From Octopus vulgaris (Eukaryota), in the NCBI GenBank assembly GCA_951406725.2, contig OX597818.1:2542001-2606000 (forward strand): DNA of 64,000 bases, in the 5' to 3' direction. The notes beneath the pieces were generated by a model. The model saw nothing but the letters and a program-made list of their open reading frames with translations, was not told the origin of the DNA and did no database searches. The position numbers were made by a program, and so were the translations under genes. Of the stretch, positions 11,822-23,673 are shown piece after piece (positions within the stretch are counted from its first letter, which is position 1; each line of letters begins with the position of its first letter).

Positions 11822-12556
11822 TATATCTTAATGTAGGATAAAATTTTTTTCGAAAAAAAATTGTTTTCCAAAAGTTAATGGACAATATGTCCAATTTTTC
11901 GGCATATTTGGCATTAGAAATTTTTTCGTTTGCCCTTATTTATGAATTGTTTATAAATTTAACCTTTAAAGGTATTTTTTAATATGCTGGCCATTGATAA
12001 AATTTTTTTTTTAAAAGAATTTTTTTTGAAAAAAATTTTATCCTACATTAAGATATAAATTTAAGCGTTCACTTCCGGACTCTTTCACTCTGTGAGAGCA
12101 TCAGTTCAAATCGCACGTGTCTCGAATGGGCTGGAGTATTTCTATTTTGGATGTATTTGGGGTACTTAATTGTGCTCATGACTTAGTGTTTGCTTCTTCC
12201 ATGGGTGCGAGTAAGTATCTCATTTATTTCTTTTGCCACATGTATCACTGACGAAGGAAGGGCTGTTACAAGCTAACCCTGAAATCGGTCCAATATGGTA
12301 ATAATGGAATTTTTTAGAAATTTCTGTCAACCTTATTTCGAGTAGCGTGCGAATTGTGAAAAAATTAATGGTTAATGGACAATATGTCCAATTTTTCGGC
12401 ATATTTGGCATTAGAAATTTTTTCGTTTGCCCTTATTTATGAATTGTTTACAAATTTAACCTTTAAGGGTATTTTTTTAATATGCTGGCCATTGATAAGA
12501 TTTTTTTTGGAAAAGAATTTTTTTCGAAAAAAATTTCATCCTACATTAAGATATAT
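11822..12556 (+). mobile_element. pLTR-like element: ~185-bp direct repeats (11873-12057, 12371-12555), short inverted start, decayed hammerhead at 12243-12295
   Basis: direct repeat period ~498; 11822-11862 is the reverse complement of the repeat end; tatca CTGACGA agg...cct GAAA tcgg TC caata. Confidence 0.65.
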
Positions 12557-12569
12557 GTGCATATATCAT

Positions 12570-12915
12570 TGCCAGAGCAGCTATCTGGCCTCCGCGCAGG
12601 TGGCATGTAAAAAACACCATTCAAGCGTGATTGTTACCAGCATCGCCTTACTGGCACCCGCGCTGGTAGCATGTGTAAAAGATTCGAGCAAGGTCGTTGC
12701 CAGTGCCGCCTGACTGGCCCCATGCCGGTGGCACGTAAAAGCACCCACTACACTCTCAGCATGGTTGGCGTTAGGAAGGGCATCCAGCTGTAGAAAATCT
12801 GCCAGATCAAGATTGAAGCCTGGTGCAGCCATCTTGTTTGCCAGCCCTCAGTGACATGTCCAGCCCATGCTAGCATGGAAAGTGGACATTAAACGATGAT
12901 GATGATGATGATGAT
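12570..12915 (+). mobile_element. SINE-like repeat with (GAT)n tail
   Basis: GGCGTTAGGAAGGGCATCCAGCTGTAGAAA...CCCATGCTAGCATGGAAAGTGGACATTAAACGATGATGAT. Confidence 0.75.
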
Positions 12916-12940
12916 AATATGCATATATATATATATATGT

Positions 12941-13250
12941 ATATGGAAAAAAACTCAAGGTAGAAAATGCTAAAATAATTTTCTTAAATACATTTCAGTA
13001 CCGGTTTCAGTCATTGAGACTTTTTCAACTGTAAGTATGGAAAACAATTAAATTTTGGAAAAATTAAAAGAAAAGTTTTTTAAAAGAATATTTGCATAGT
13101 ATTCATATACAAGGGGCATTTTTCTTGTTTCTGCCTGTCTCTGTTTCTCTTGTGGGTTTGAGGTCATACTTACAGTTGAAAAAGTCTCAATGACTGAAAC
13201 CGGTAAAATTATTTTAGCATTTTCTACCTTGACTTTTTTTTTCCATATAT
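12941..13250. mobile_element. Small fold-back element with a hammerhead in each arm (minus 12990-13037; plus 13166-13205, truncated)
   Basis: arms 12941-13039 and 13165-13250 are reverse complements; cag TTGAAAA agtc tcaat gact GAAA ccgg TA ctg. Confidence 0.7.
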
Positions 13251-13436
13251 ATCAACGCGTATGTTCCTTATATTTATCATTCTTTTTATACTTATTGGAA
13301 AAAAATTTTAATTTTAATTTTATATATTATATATTATATTAATTATATTTATTTATATTTATGTTATTTGTTATTTATGTATTGGTTTATGTCTATCACT
13401 GTTTGAGTTGCCTAATAGTGGTTTTATCTCTAATTC

Positions 13437-13482
<46 letters not shown>

Positions 13483-13582
13483 TATAATTATATATACTAT
13501 ATTAGAGGAAAAATCAAAACAAAAGCAGAATGAGCATCTCAAGTCATTTAGAATAATTTAATTTGGGTAAGGTGAATTTGAA

Positions 13583-13658
13583 GTCTTACAGCTGTTTCTA
13601 GTATTACCCAAGTGGTTGGTTAGCATGTTCGTGCACTGGGTATTCCATCATCAGAGAC
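13583..13658 (-). ncRNA. Type I hammerhead ribozyme in PLE pLTR
   Basis: minus strand gtct CTGATGA tggaatacccag...ttgggtaatacta GAAA cagctg TA agac. Confidence 0.8.
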
Positions 13659-14532
13659 AAGGTATGAATATTTTAGATGGGGTAAATTTACAGTTTACAA
13701 GGAATAAAATTCCCAGCTTATAAGGAATAAAATAGAAAATAAAGGAGTAAAATAGAAGAATGAAGAGTAAAAGTAGTTAGGAGGAGAATAATGTTCATAA
13801 CTCATCTTTTTCTAGAGGATATGGAAGTTGATCCATGAAGGTACAGGTTTTTAGTTAAAATCCCAGGTAAATCCAGGCAATATTTTGGCTGTGTTCTGAA
13901 TGATGTATTCATACTGTAAATGTGTATATAGCGCGAAAAAGTATGATGGACATAAGTGGGTTTTGTGAGTTGGTGTTTAAGAGAGAGAGAGAGAAAGATA
14001 GGGATAGAAGAAAAATTAGAAGATAGTATTAATAGGGAAAATAAGAATAAAATATAAATATAAATAAAATAATAAAAGAAAAGGTAATGACAGATATATC
14101 CTAAATGGGTTTTGTGTATGGGAGGAGGAGAAAGGAAATAAAAATAAAATAAGATAGAAATAACAAGGTAAAGAATAAGATATAAATAAATAAAAGTAAA
14201 GGTAACAATATAGATATATCAATATTATATGAGGGTTAGAGGTCAAACGTTAAAGTTTCAGTAGAATGGGGGTGGAAGTTCAATCTAGGTAAGGTTATAA
14301 GGACAATAGTTTAGTGCAGATATTTAAAACTGTATTTCAAGTTTCATAGCCATAAATGATGAGATAAATGACTACAAATTAAACCTAAAATTCAAAATTT
14401 AAATTTAAAACCTAAACTTAAAATTACAAAGCAAGAAAATTAAAATCTGAAAAAACTATAAAAATTTTTTAAATTGAGTTGAAATTAGCTAGTTTCTAAG
14501 ATACTTATGTTGATAGAGAGGTAGGAGAAAAA

Positions 14533-15308
14533 AATGTTGGAGGGGTAAGGGATAAACTACCTGCATCAACTGGCTATAAAAGCAGGTAATAATTTTACCA
14601 TGTCCTTATTCTTAGAACAAGTTTTGAAGAGTGCAGTTCTGTTTTAACAGTTATTTTTTTCAAAGCTATAATGGAAGTGACAAAGGTGCATATTTAACAT
14701 ATTTTGTTTTATGAGTTCAATAAAAACAACATTGCAACAGAAAGTGCAAGGAATATTAATGCAGCATATGGGGATCAGACAATATGCGTAAGCCAGTGTC
14801 CATGGTGGGTCCAGAAATTTCAAGCTGGAAACTACAGTCTAGAAGACAAGCCTCATCCTGGAAGATCTGTAGAGCTCGATAAGGATGTCCTGCAAACCCT
14901 GGTGGAACAAAATCCCATCATAACTGTTGAGGAACTAGCAGAGAAGCTTGGATTTGGTTATTCAACTATTCATTGACACCTGTGTGCAATCAGAAGAGTC
15001 AGTGAATTGGGTCAATGGGTTCCTCAAAAAATTTTTGAGTCTGATTATCATTTATTCCACAGTTTTCAAAATCATTTGGATGGAAAAAATATGAATTCTG
15101 TAGACAAAGTCAGAACAGTACTGGAGGAGTATTTTTTGTCATGGAAAAGTGAATTTTGGAAGAGGGTCCTTGCAAGTCTACCAGATAGATGGAAGAGCAT
15201 TGTAGAAAATGAAGGAGAGTATATTTTAGATTAAAAAAGAACTTTCTTTATCTTAATTTTGAAAAATAAAAGTATAAAAAAAACTGCATTATTTATGGGT
15301 TGACCCAG
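14533..15308 (+). mobile_element. Internally deleted mariner (SETMAR/Mos1-like) nested in the PLE
   Basis: N-terminal HTH ...GQWVP joined to SDYHLF...GEYILD*; 3' TIR tgcattatttatgggttgaccca; same family as 41945-42859. Confidence 0.85.
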
Positions 15309-16318
15309 ATTAGTGGTAGTGCTATTAGTATCAACAGTCACCTCAGTCACACTTCGACCTTCATAGGATGCAGGTATGTTTGTATCTTGGTTAATTCTGG
15401 TTGTAGTGTTAGGGTTGTGGGTGTGGTGTGTACCATCAAAGTTGGTATTAGTGTTTTCGTAGCTTTGACTAATGTTATGATTATGTATATTTAGGTAGTA
15501 GGAATTAAGTTTACATTTATTGGAAGAGGTAACAATATATTATATATTGGGCAGAGAGGATAATTTTAGAGTAGATCTATTAAAGATTGAGTGGTACTTA
15601 TGGTGATGTGGGAAGTTAGCATCTACTATTTGAAAGAATGTTTTGGCTAAGCCCTTAACATTTAAGGCGAATGGGGGTGTAAACCAGAGAATCGATCTAC
15701 CCATGCTTTTGTTAGGCAAAACAGGGCAAGTATAATCTATAGTATTTGTTAGAGGTGATGCGTAGGCTTCATTGTTGTTTATCTGTTTGAGTTTCAATCA
15801 AGTGATATACAGGTGAGTGCAGGGCTGACAAAAGTGTCTCACCTGAGGTCCTTAATAGTTACTAGCCAACCATATACACCATCTAATAAACAGAAAGGTA
15901 CTATAAAGTATATCTTGGGCCATAATAGATTCCAGGATCCCATATCAAGGCCAGCGATCCAATTGTGGACTATGCGTAAAAGAAGCCTTCCGAATATTAA
16001 TACACAATTCACAACAATAATCAAAAAAACAAAACAAAGCTTTTTCTACATGTTGTCATAGGTTCTATCACACCTTTAAATTCTTCCATACATCCAAATG
16101 CAAACAAAATCAACATGCACAACACATCCATCCAAGGTCATTACAATATATGTGTGTATATATGTGTGTGTGTGTGTGTGTGTATGTATGTGTGTATATG
16201 TATATGTGCATGCTTTATATGTATGCTTATGTGCATATATGTACATATGTATGTGTATGTTTCTATATGTATATATGTATGCACATATGTCTATGTATAT
16301 GTATGTATATATATATAC

Positions 16319-16366
<48 letters not shown>

Positions 16367-16410
16367 ATACACTATTTTCTAATTTACCCCATCTAAAATA
16401 TTCATACCTT

Positions 16411-16486
16411 GTCTCTGATGATGGAATACCCAGTGCATGAACATGCTAACCAACCACTTGGGTAATACTAGAAACAGCTGTAAGAC
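16411..16486 (+). ncRNA. Type I hammerhead ribozyme in PLE pLTR
   Basis: gtct CTGATGA(16415-21), long stem II, GAAA(16471-74) cagctg TA agac. Confidence 0.8.
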
Positions 16487-17095
16487 TTCAAATTCACCTT
16501 ACCCTATTTAAATTATTCTAAATGACTTGAGATACTCATTCTGCCTTGGTTTTGATTTTTCCTCTAATATAATATATACACACTATAACGGAAACCTAAC
16601 ACAGATGCCTAGATCCAGCCTTAGCTGTGATCTTGGAACCTAATGGTCGACCAATTATAGCAATTACCCATCGTACATATTCATTTAGATCACAAATGAA
16701 CAAAACCCTTCATATTTTATATATATATATGCCCCAGCATGGCCACAGCTCGTGAGCTAAAACTAGATAAAACTTTTTTTAAATAAATATATATATAAAC
16801 ATAAATCAGAGATAAAACCACTATTATGCAACTCAAACAGTGATAGACATAAACAAAAACATAAATAACAAATATATATTTTCATAAAACATATAACTAG
16901 ATTCAGGCCAACGAAATCCTTGCAAGTGAATTTGGTAGATGGAAACAGAAATCCCACCATATATATGTATGTGTATGTGTATGTGCGTGTGTATATACTA
17001 TGTGTGTGTCTTTGTGTCTGTGTTTGTGCCCCACCACCACTTGACAAGCAGTTGAGCAAAAGTGATCAAGAGAATAAGCACCAGGCTTTAAAAAA

Positions 17096-17154
<59 letters not shown>

Positions 17155-17161
17155 CCAGGTA

Positions 17162-17236
17162 AATCCAGCTGATGAAGACTAATCAAATTTACAATGACAA
17201 ATGTATTTGAAGAGTCTAAAATCTAGGTACTGGATT
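17162..17236 (+). ncRNA. Degenerate type I hammerhead (G12 mutated) just after (TA)n
   Basis: aatccag CTGATGA agact...agtct AAAA tctagg TA ctggatt: perfect 7-bp stem I and 5-bp stem II base, GAAA changed to AAAA. Confidence 0.6.
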
Positions 17237-17647
17237 ATCTGATTCTGGGTTGTCCATTTATATAATGTTCTTCCTTGAGGTAAAACAAAATTTTTTATGT
17301 TCGCTGTGCTCACATGTCTTTGCCAGTATATACACATTGAAGCTTTACTATAGTGTCGTAAATGTATCGGCTGCTATTTCCAGTAAACACTCGTGCTTTG
17401 TTGTACTACGCCTCTATATTTATACTTCTACCTTTATGGTGCTTTATTTTATTGAAAAGTAATACATTTGTATTGCAATATTCTATTTTTCATTGAAAAT
17501 GTTTTCACTGTTCTTGGTCTATTAACAGCTAAGCATTCAGGTGAGTATACTGGCATTGATGTAGCAACATTTGAAACCACATTTGTTGGTCAATTCATTC
17601 AAATGTCTTGAGATTAATTTACTGCTAATTTTACAAATGTTTGTTAC

Positions 17648-17733
17648 CTTTTGTTGAACCAACAGACTGGGCCAACTTTGCCTTTAGCTTTTTATTTTTT
17701 ACTGGTACCTCTTGTTCTTCAGAAACTATTTGA
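17648..17733 (-). CDS. KIAA1549-like cytoplasmic exon (QIVSEEQEVPVKNKKLKAKLAQSVGSTK)
   Basis: strong acceptor ttttgtgttttcctcatttcag at 17734; open in phase 2 while phase 0 hits a stop; donor AAG|gtaaca phase 1. Confidence 0.6.
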
Positions 17734-19621
17734 CTGAAATGAGGAAAACACAAAAGTGTAAAATTACAGATTTGTAGGAAATTAAACAGAAACACTTATG
17801 AAAGAACTTACAAACCATTTCTTATTATTTCAACTAACAAGTCAATATCTTAGAGATTTTTTTCTTCTTTGTTTTGACAGCAATAATGAAACTTCTACAG
17901 CTGATAATATCACTTGACTTGGAATATTCTAGATTTTGGTGAGATGATTACAGCTGTTTAAACATCATCTTCCTCATGGATAAATTTTTCATGCATTATT
18001 CTTCCATGCAGCTCAACATTGTATTGAGAAAAACTTATCTATTCTGATTATTAACCCCAATCCTTCTATAATCTACTTGTAAATTTTTGTGACTAGTACA
18101 CTTGTGACTTTCTACAGTCCACGTCATATATTTTGTGATCTCATACAGTATGCTGCTAGATTTTTGTGATATCAACTGCTTTTTCAAAACATTTCTCTTA
18201 ATATACATCGTCCATTTTCACTATGATGTATATTTTCCTTATACTTCTCAAGACAATATTTTAGATCTCAAGCAGTTTCTGAACCTACTGTATTCAGTTT
18301 AGCTAGTGCACCTGACAAACCCTATTTAATCCAATATATTTGTATATTTAGTCCAATAGATTTGTAAATTTAGCTCAACAAATTTGCATACATATATTTG
18401 AATCAATAGATTTTAGCCATAGTCATCTCCTCTAGTTTAGCCCTCATTGATCCACAATCATCATCTATTCGTACTCAAGCCACATCTTATTCAAAGCCAG
18501 TCTTTGCAAGCCAAGCCATATCCCATTTAAAGCCAATCCACCTACACTGAATCAGTGAAGGCTGTGGATATTTAGAGTGGTGGCCTACATTAATAAGTTC
18601 AATTATCTGCTATAGCAATCAATTCTCCATTCAAAACATTAGTCTCATAAATGACAGTTTTGACAACATACTTATTCTGACCACTAATCAATGAATTGAC
18701 AGTAAATGCCATAAGGTAATAAATAAATAAATAAATAAATAACTGCAGAGAAAATTTTTTTAAATATTATATATTTAAAGTTCATGTCAAAGTCCAATAC
18801 TAGCAGCAGGATGTCAGAGTCCCCTGGCAGTGGATACAATTGAAATAAGCCGGAAGGGGCTAAGATTAGTGGGGATAAAAAAATATATACAAAAATAGCT
18901 GAAGGCTTATAGAAACGTTAATATACACAAGCCATGAAACTGTGAATTAGAAGCAGAGAAGATTGGTTTTATAGTGAAAGTGGCAACTCACATAGCAATG
19001 CAGCAATTTACATAGCAATGTAGCAATTTACTTAGCTATGGTTAATATATTTAATCAACAAGTACAAGTCATTCAAAGAAATAACAATACAACTCTTACA
19101 TTTCAAGTAATTCTAATTGATACTCAATTATGAAATATTAATGAAAAGATTTCCACACAAACCACTGAACATAAACAGTGTTATTTGTTTTTGCTTTATT
19201 CAAGCTTTTGTAGGCATGTTTGCTGAAATGAAGTAAAAATTTATCATCAACTAACTAATCCATAGGATTTTAGATTTTATTTGTTTGTAATCTCATGAAC
19301 TTCCATGGAGATGTTTAGTTTCATTTTCCTGTTTTGGTTACATTTTATTTTCATACAACTAAAATATTTGGTACAAACTATCATCTAAGAGAATATATAT
19401 TCAAAACCTGAAAGAATTATTCAAAGACATTTATATATTTTACTTTTATTAGTCTAAAGTATCCTATATGAATATATAATATACGCATCAAGGAATTCAA
19501 AGTATTCATAATAAAACTTTAATTAAGTTCAGATTTAGAAATAATCTACAGTTATTCATACATATATTTTAGATTAATTAAAATTCTAAAAAATGTCAAT
19601 AAATATTTCCTTTTTACTGAC

Positions 19622-19806
19622 CAAGATTTTTTATTGGAACTTTTCTTGATATTCTTTGGCTTTGACATTTCTTCAAGTGGAATTTTCACATAATGTTTCT
19701 CAATTTCATTCTGGTTCTTTAGGCTGTCTCTTTCCTCAAGAGATCTTTGGTTTTCTTTCTTTGATATTAAATCCTCTGGCACCAATTCTGGGTTGCATTT
19801 GATTTC
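19622..19806 (-). CDS. KIAA1549-like cytoplasmic exon (EIKCNPELVPEDLISKKENQRSLEERD...KKSSNKKS)
   Basis: acceptor ttggcag at 19807, phase 0; donor TG|gtcagt (phase 2) fits the next exon; charged low-complexity ORF. Confidence 0.65.
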
Positions 19807-20639
19807 CTGCCAAGTTTTTAATGAATTAATACCAAGATTCCATTAAGATGGAAGTAATTAAGACAAAAAGGAAATTTCACTTGACTTGCTAGAAAGAACA
19901 TCTAAATCTCCCTCATAGCACATCCTACTGTCTTAAGAAAATAGAAGGATATGTAGTACTAAATATGAGGGGGGAAATGGCAACGTCATGGTTGTATTGA
20001 TTGTCACAGATCAGTCTGGGTTAATATTTATTTGTTATTGATAGGATGGGTTTCAATGACAACATATTTATGTATATATTCATTCTCTGCAGATTTTTTT
20101 CCTGAACAATTTCTTCCTTGTGTAGAATCAAAGACCATTTTGCACCTCTTTCATTCTCCACCCTGTATTCATTATAAGCTGTATTACATAACCTCATTGT
20201 ATCTCCCACATAAAATTACTAATTCTTTGATACAATGTACATATTCAGGAATATAAGACACCTGAGAATAATTGGAGATCAAGCTAAGAAATGCAGGTTA
20301 ATGTAAATATTACTAAAATCTTCCATCCCTGAAGATGAACTTTAAAAGTTCAATTAATTATAATCTTAAATTCTTTGACATAATGTAAAAAACTATAATT
20401 TAGTATTTTGTTGTATTTAGGAATGGTCATTTTGCAAGTTTAGTACTTTAATTGAAAACAAGATTATCAGAAAATTCCAAATATTTGTTTGAGATTTTAG
20501 TCTAATGGCATCACAGGAATCTTCAGGATATTTGAATGTTGGGAGTGAACTTTTAGGTGTTTATCTCCGGTCTAAACTATTTCCTCTGATTTCATACTCT
20601 GAGTCCAATAAAAAAAAAACAATAAATATAAAAAAATAC

Positions 20640-20827
20640 CTGTAATGAAGAAGCAAGACAGGAGTTGATAGGTTTTACTTCTTGAATCTTCAGAGGTGGG
20701 TGTCGGAAGCATTTAAAGAAGATAAACAGAACACACCACATGAAAAGGAGAACTACAGCAACCGATCCAAGAACAACTCCAATGATCCAGTTCTCAGTAT
20801 ATTTTCCATCAGGAGTTTTCAGGTAGG
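20640..20827 (-). CDS. KIAA1549: KIAA1549-like exon with transmembrane helix (NWIIGVVLGSVAVVLLFMWCVLFIFF)
   Basis: acceptor tgtttacag at 20828, donor CAG|gtattt at 20639; phase 1 to 0; 25-residue hydrophobic segment followed by basic KCFRH. Confidence 0.85.
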
Positions 20828-21040
20828 CTGTAAACAATAATAGATTAATGTTAAAGTTATGTATCTTCTCTTTAACAAGATACTTGTTGCTGTTCCTCTA
20901 TATTTTCACCTCCCTCAATACTATGCCTCCACTTAGTTGAGGGGTCATGTCTTGCAAGTTACTTAGTAACCTCACTGATAAAAGTGTCATGAAAAAAGTA
21001 CCCAGTTCACTCTGTAAAATGGTTGACATTAGCAAAGGCA

Positions 21041-21423
21041 TCTCTCTCTATATAAACGGCAGTTTGTCTGTCAGCGTGTCTGTGTGTCTGTTAGGTTGTA
21101 CCCTCACCCTGACCACGGCTTTCAACCGATTCTGATGAAACTTGACACACACATAGCCCAATGTCATAATTCAAAACTAACGCAGTGAAAATTTTGAAAA
21201 GTTCCCCCAGTTCTGAAAAAAATTGATAAATTCAACATGGGGTCGAGAATCAGAAACACAAACCACAGACTGTCTAGGGGACGCGACTCGACCTTTTTAA
21301 CTCTCAAAAAAATTTACCATCATTTTTTTCCCATTTTTTTGCTATTTTTTGGCTATAACTCTCTAAAGATGCTTTATAGTTATTTCCCTTACAAACCCGA
21401 GCAACACCAGGCGATACTGCTAG
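21041..21423 (+). mobile_element. Non-autonomous Helitron-type element
   Basis: 5' TC, 3' subterminal hairpin cccgagcaacaccagg, CTAG end; inserted exactly between A and T of a SINE (ggcA|Tccagct) with no TSD. Confidence 0.85.
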
Positions 21424-21481
21424 TCCAGCTATACAAACCATGTCAAAGCAGACACTGAGGCTTGATGCAATTCTCATCAGT

Positions 21482-21916
21482 TGTAGTAGAATGTGATGTT
21501 GGCACTTGTTAGGGGCCTCACACTTCCTTACATAGTTGTAGAAAGGAAAAAAATAGCAGGAACACGAATCTCCGAACGAATAACAATAATAATTTATTTT
21601 CGCCGAAATAAGCATTTCATCTCTGGACATCAGTAGCCTAGACGCTTGGGGGATGGAAACTGCAGAGTCGGTTTAAATCACAATTGTTGAAAGCATTCTT
21701 CACAGCTCGCCAAGTCGTATTCGCCTTCAATGGAGCTTATCTGGTCGCGTCTGATTCTGTCAGCAGCAGGAAGCAAAAGGAAGAATAGTGGTAAAGGCTA
21801 GCTGCTGCTGATTACTGCACATCAGAGACTTCCGGCAGGCCTTCTGGAAGACACTAATCCTTGCGCATGCGCAGATGAAAATCTCAAAATGGCGTCTGGA
21901 ACCTGGCGTCACTACA
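21482..21916 (-). mobile_element. Solo LTR-like insertion in the same SINE
   Basis: TGTAGT...ACTACA inverted termini; AATAAA on the minus strand; SINE sequence resumes after 21916; TSD ambiguous (agt). Confidence 0.45.
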
Positions 21917-22103
21917 AGTTCCTGTCAAACTGTTCAACTGATGCCAGCATGGAATATGGATGTCAAATCATCGAACCCATGTTGGCATGGGCTTCATGGT
22001 TTGACAGAAGCTGGTTAGCCAAAGAACTGTATCATGCTCTTTTGCCTGCTTCAGCATAGTTACTACAGCTGAATACTGTTTCTAATGCTACAGAGAGTAT
22101 TAT

Positions 22104-22504
22104 TTATTCTTTTATTCTTTTACTTGTTTCAGTCATTTGACTGCGGCCATGCTGAAGCACCGCCTTTAGTCAAGCAAATCGACCCCGGGACTTATTCTTT
22201 GTAAGCCCAGTACTTATTCTATTGGTCTCTTTTGCCGAACCGCTAAGTGACGGGGACGTAAACACACCAGCATCAGTTGTCAAGCAATGCTAAAGAGACA
22301 AACACAGACACACAAACACATACACACACATACATAAATACGACAGGCTTCTTTCAGTTTCCGTCTACCAAATCTACTCACAAGGCATTGGTCGACCCGG
22401 GGCTATAGCAGAAGACACTTGCCCAAGATGCCACGCAGTGGAACTGAACCCGGAACCATGTGGTTGGTTAGAAAGCTACTTACCACACAGCCACTCCTGC
22501 ACCT
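22104..22504 (-). mobile_element. Full-length tRNA-derived SINE
   Basis: head GGTGCAGGAGTGGCTGTGTGGTAAG (A-box-like) and GGGTTCAGTTCC (B-box-like); internal (TG)n; 3' CAGCATGGCCGCAGTCAAATGACTGAAAC and A-rich tail; partial copies at 1720-1800, 16900-17095 and 41490-41710. Confidence 0.85.
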
Positions 22505-22669
22505 ATACTGGAAGATAAGCAATGTACGAGACAAAGATAAAGACTCTTCAACTGAGGGAGTAGTAGTATTGAGAGAAGTGGCTTCTAGCCAGGTGATGAG
22601 AGGTTAAGCAATAATGGAAAGACAGAAACAGGTGTCTTGCTGTAGATGCAATACATGGCTTCCCCAGTC

Positions 22670-22715
<46 letters not shown>

Positions 22716-23079
22716 TGGCGAAGGTGTGCCAAACCATACCCTCAAGGTATAAGGAGGTGAATTTAAGTGGAGTAGTACAGAGGATTAGAGAGAGTCAGCA
22801 AGTAAAGAGTTCATGAGAGTGTAAAATGAGAGTAAAAGATATAGGGGACGGAAGGGGAGCGCATAAGTGGTGAACATGGGTATATAAGGAAGTGGCAGAA
22901 TAGCAATGACATAGCTGGCAAGGTGAGGACAGGAGAGAGAGATATGACAAAGTGGTGTTGAGGACCAGGGGGTAAGGTAGAAAGACAGTAGTGCATGATG
23001 AGATGTAGTTTAGTTTATTGTGGGAGGGGAGAGATTAATGTAACATGGTGGAAAGCACATAATACACAGCTAAGATACA

Positions 23080-23417
23080 AATTAACAACTTCCCTACATA
23101 CAAAACTTATACTGGTATCACAGAAAACAGTTTCAAAATAAGACTTAACTCACACAGAAGTTCCTTCAAATATCCTGAGTACAGGTTGGCAATGAGCCTA
23201 GCTAAGCACATATGGCAATTAAAAGAAGTTGGCTCTACCCCATTTAAGATATTTTAGAGAAAGCTAACTCTTACAGGCATAGCTTACACTGAAATTTTAT
23301 GAGATGTCCATTGTGCTTGAGTGAAAAGCATTTTATATCATTCCAAGACAAATCTCATTGAAATACAAAACAGAACACCTCAACTTTTGCAGACGCACAT
23401 CTAGGTATCTTACGTAC

Positions 23418-23420
<3 letters not shown>
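23080..23420 (+). mobile_element. Penelope-like GIY-YIG endonuclease fragment (pseudogene)
   Basis: KTYTGITENSFKIRLNSHRSSFKY...LAKHIWQLKE and RCPLCLSEK motifs, ending at (TA)n. Confidence 0.8.
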
Positions 23421-23469
<49 letters not shown>

Positions 23470-23475
<6 letters not shown>

Positions 23476-23673
23476 TAAAAAGCAGTGGAAAATTCAACAA
23501 AACCTGTTTGTTGGACAGTTTTTGTTAGAAAACTGTCCAACGAACGGGGACGTGAAACTCAGAGTAACAGGTTTTGTTGAATTTTCCGCTGCTTTAAATA
23601 AAGCATATTACTCTACCACTAGTAATTGAGTACTCTTTTCCCACCTTGTTTCACATTTATGTGTTTACTCAGG

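Larger units (their letters stand above)
13490..16715. mobile_element. Penelope-like element remnant with inverted pLTRs (13490-13690 / 16381-16578)
   Basis: ~195-bp inverted arms each with a canonical hammerhead; minus-strand ORF remnant RSILWFTPPF...FPHHHKYHSIFNRSTLKLS (15540-15797) matches the PLE RT/GIY-YIG linker; (TA)n flanks. Confidence 0.85.

Noticed and set aside
20325-20540. CTGAAGA motifs with adjacent hairpin (20329 plus, ~20530 minus) as further hammerheads
   Set aside because: No GAAA..UH or stem I partner recognisable; at most very old remnants
22420-22504. tRNA gene
   Set aside because: A/B-box-like motifs belong to a SINE head; no full cloverleaf or terminator
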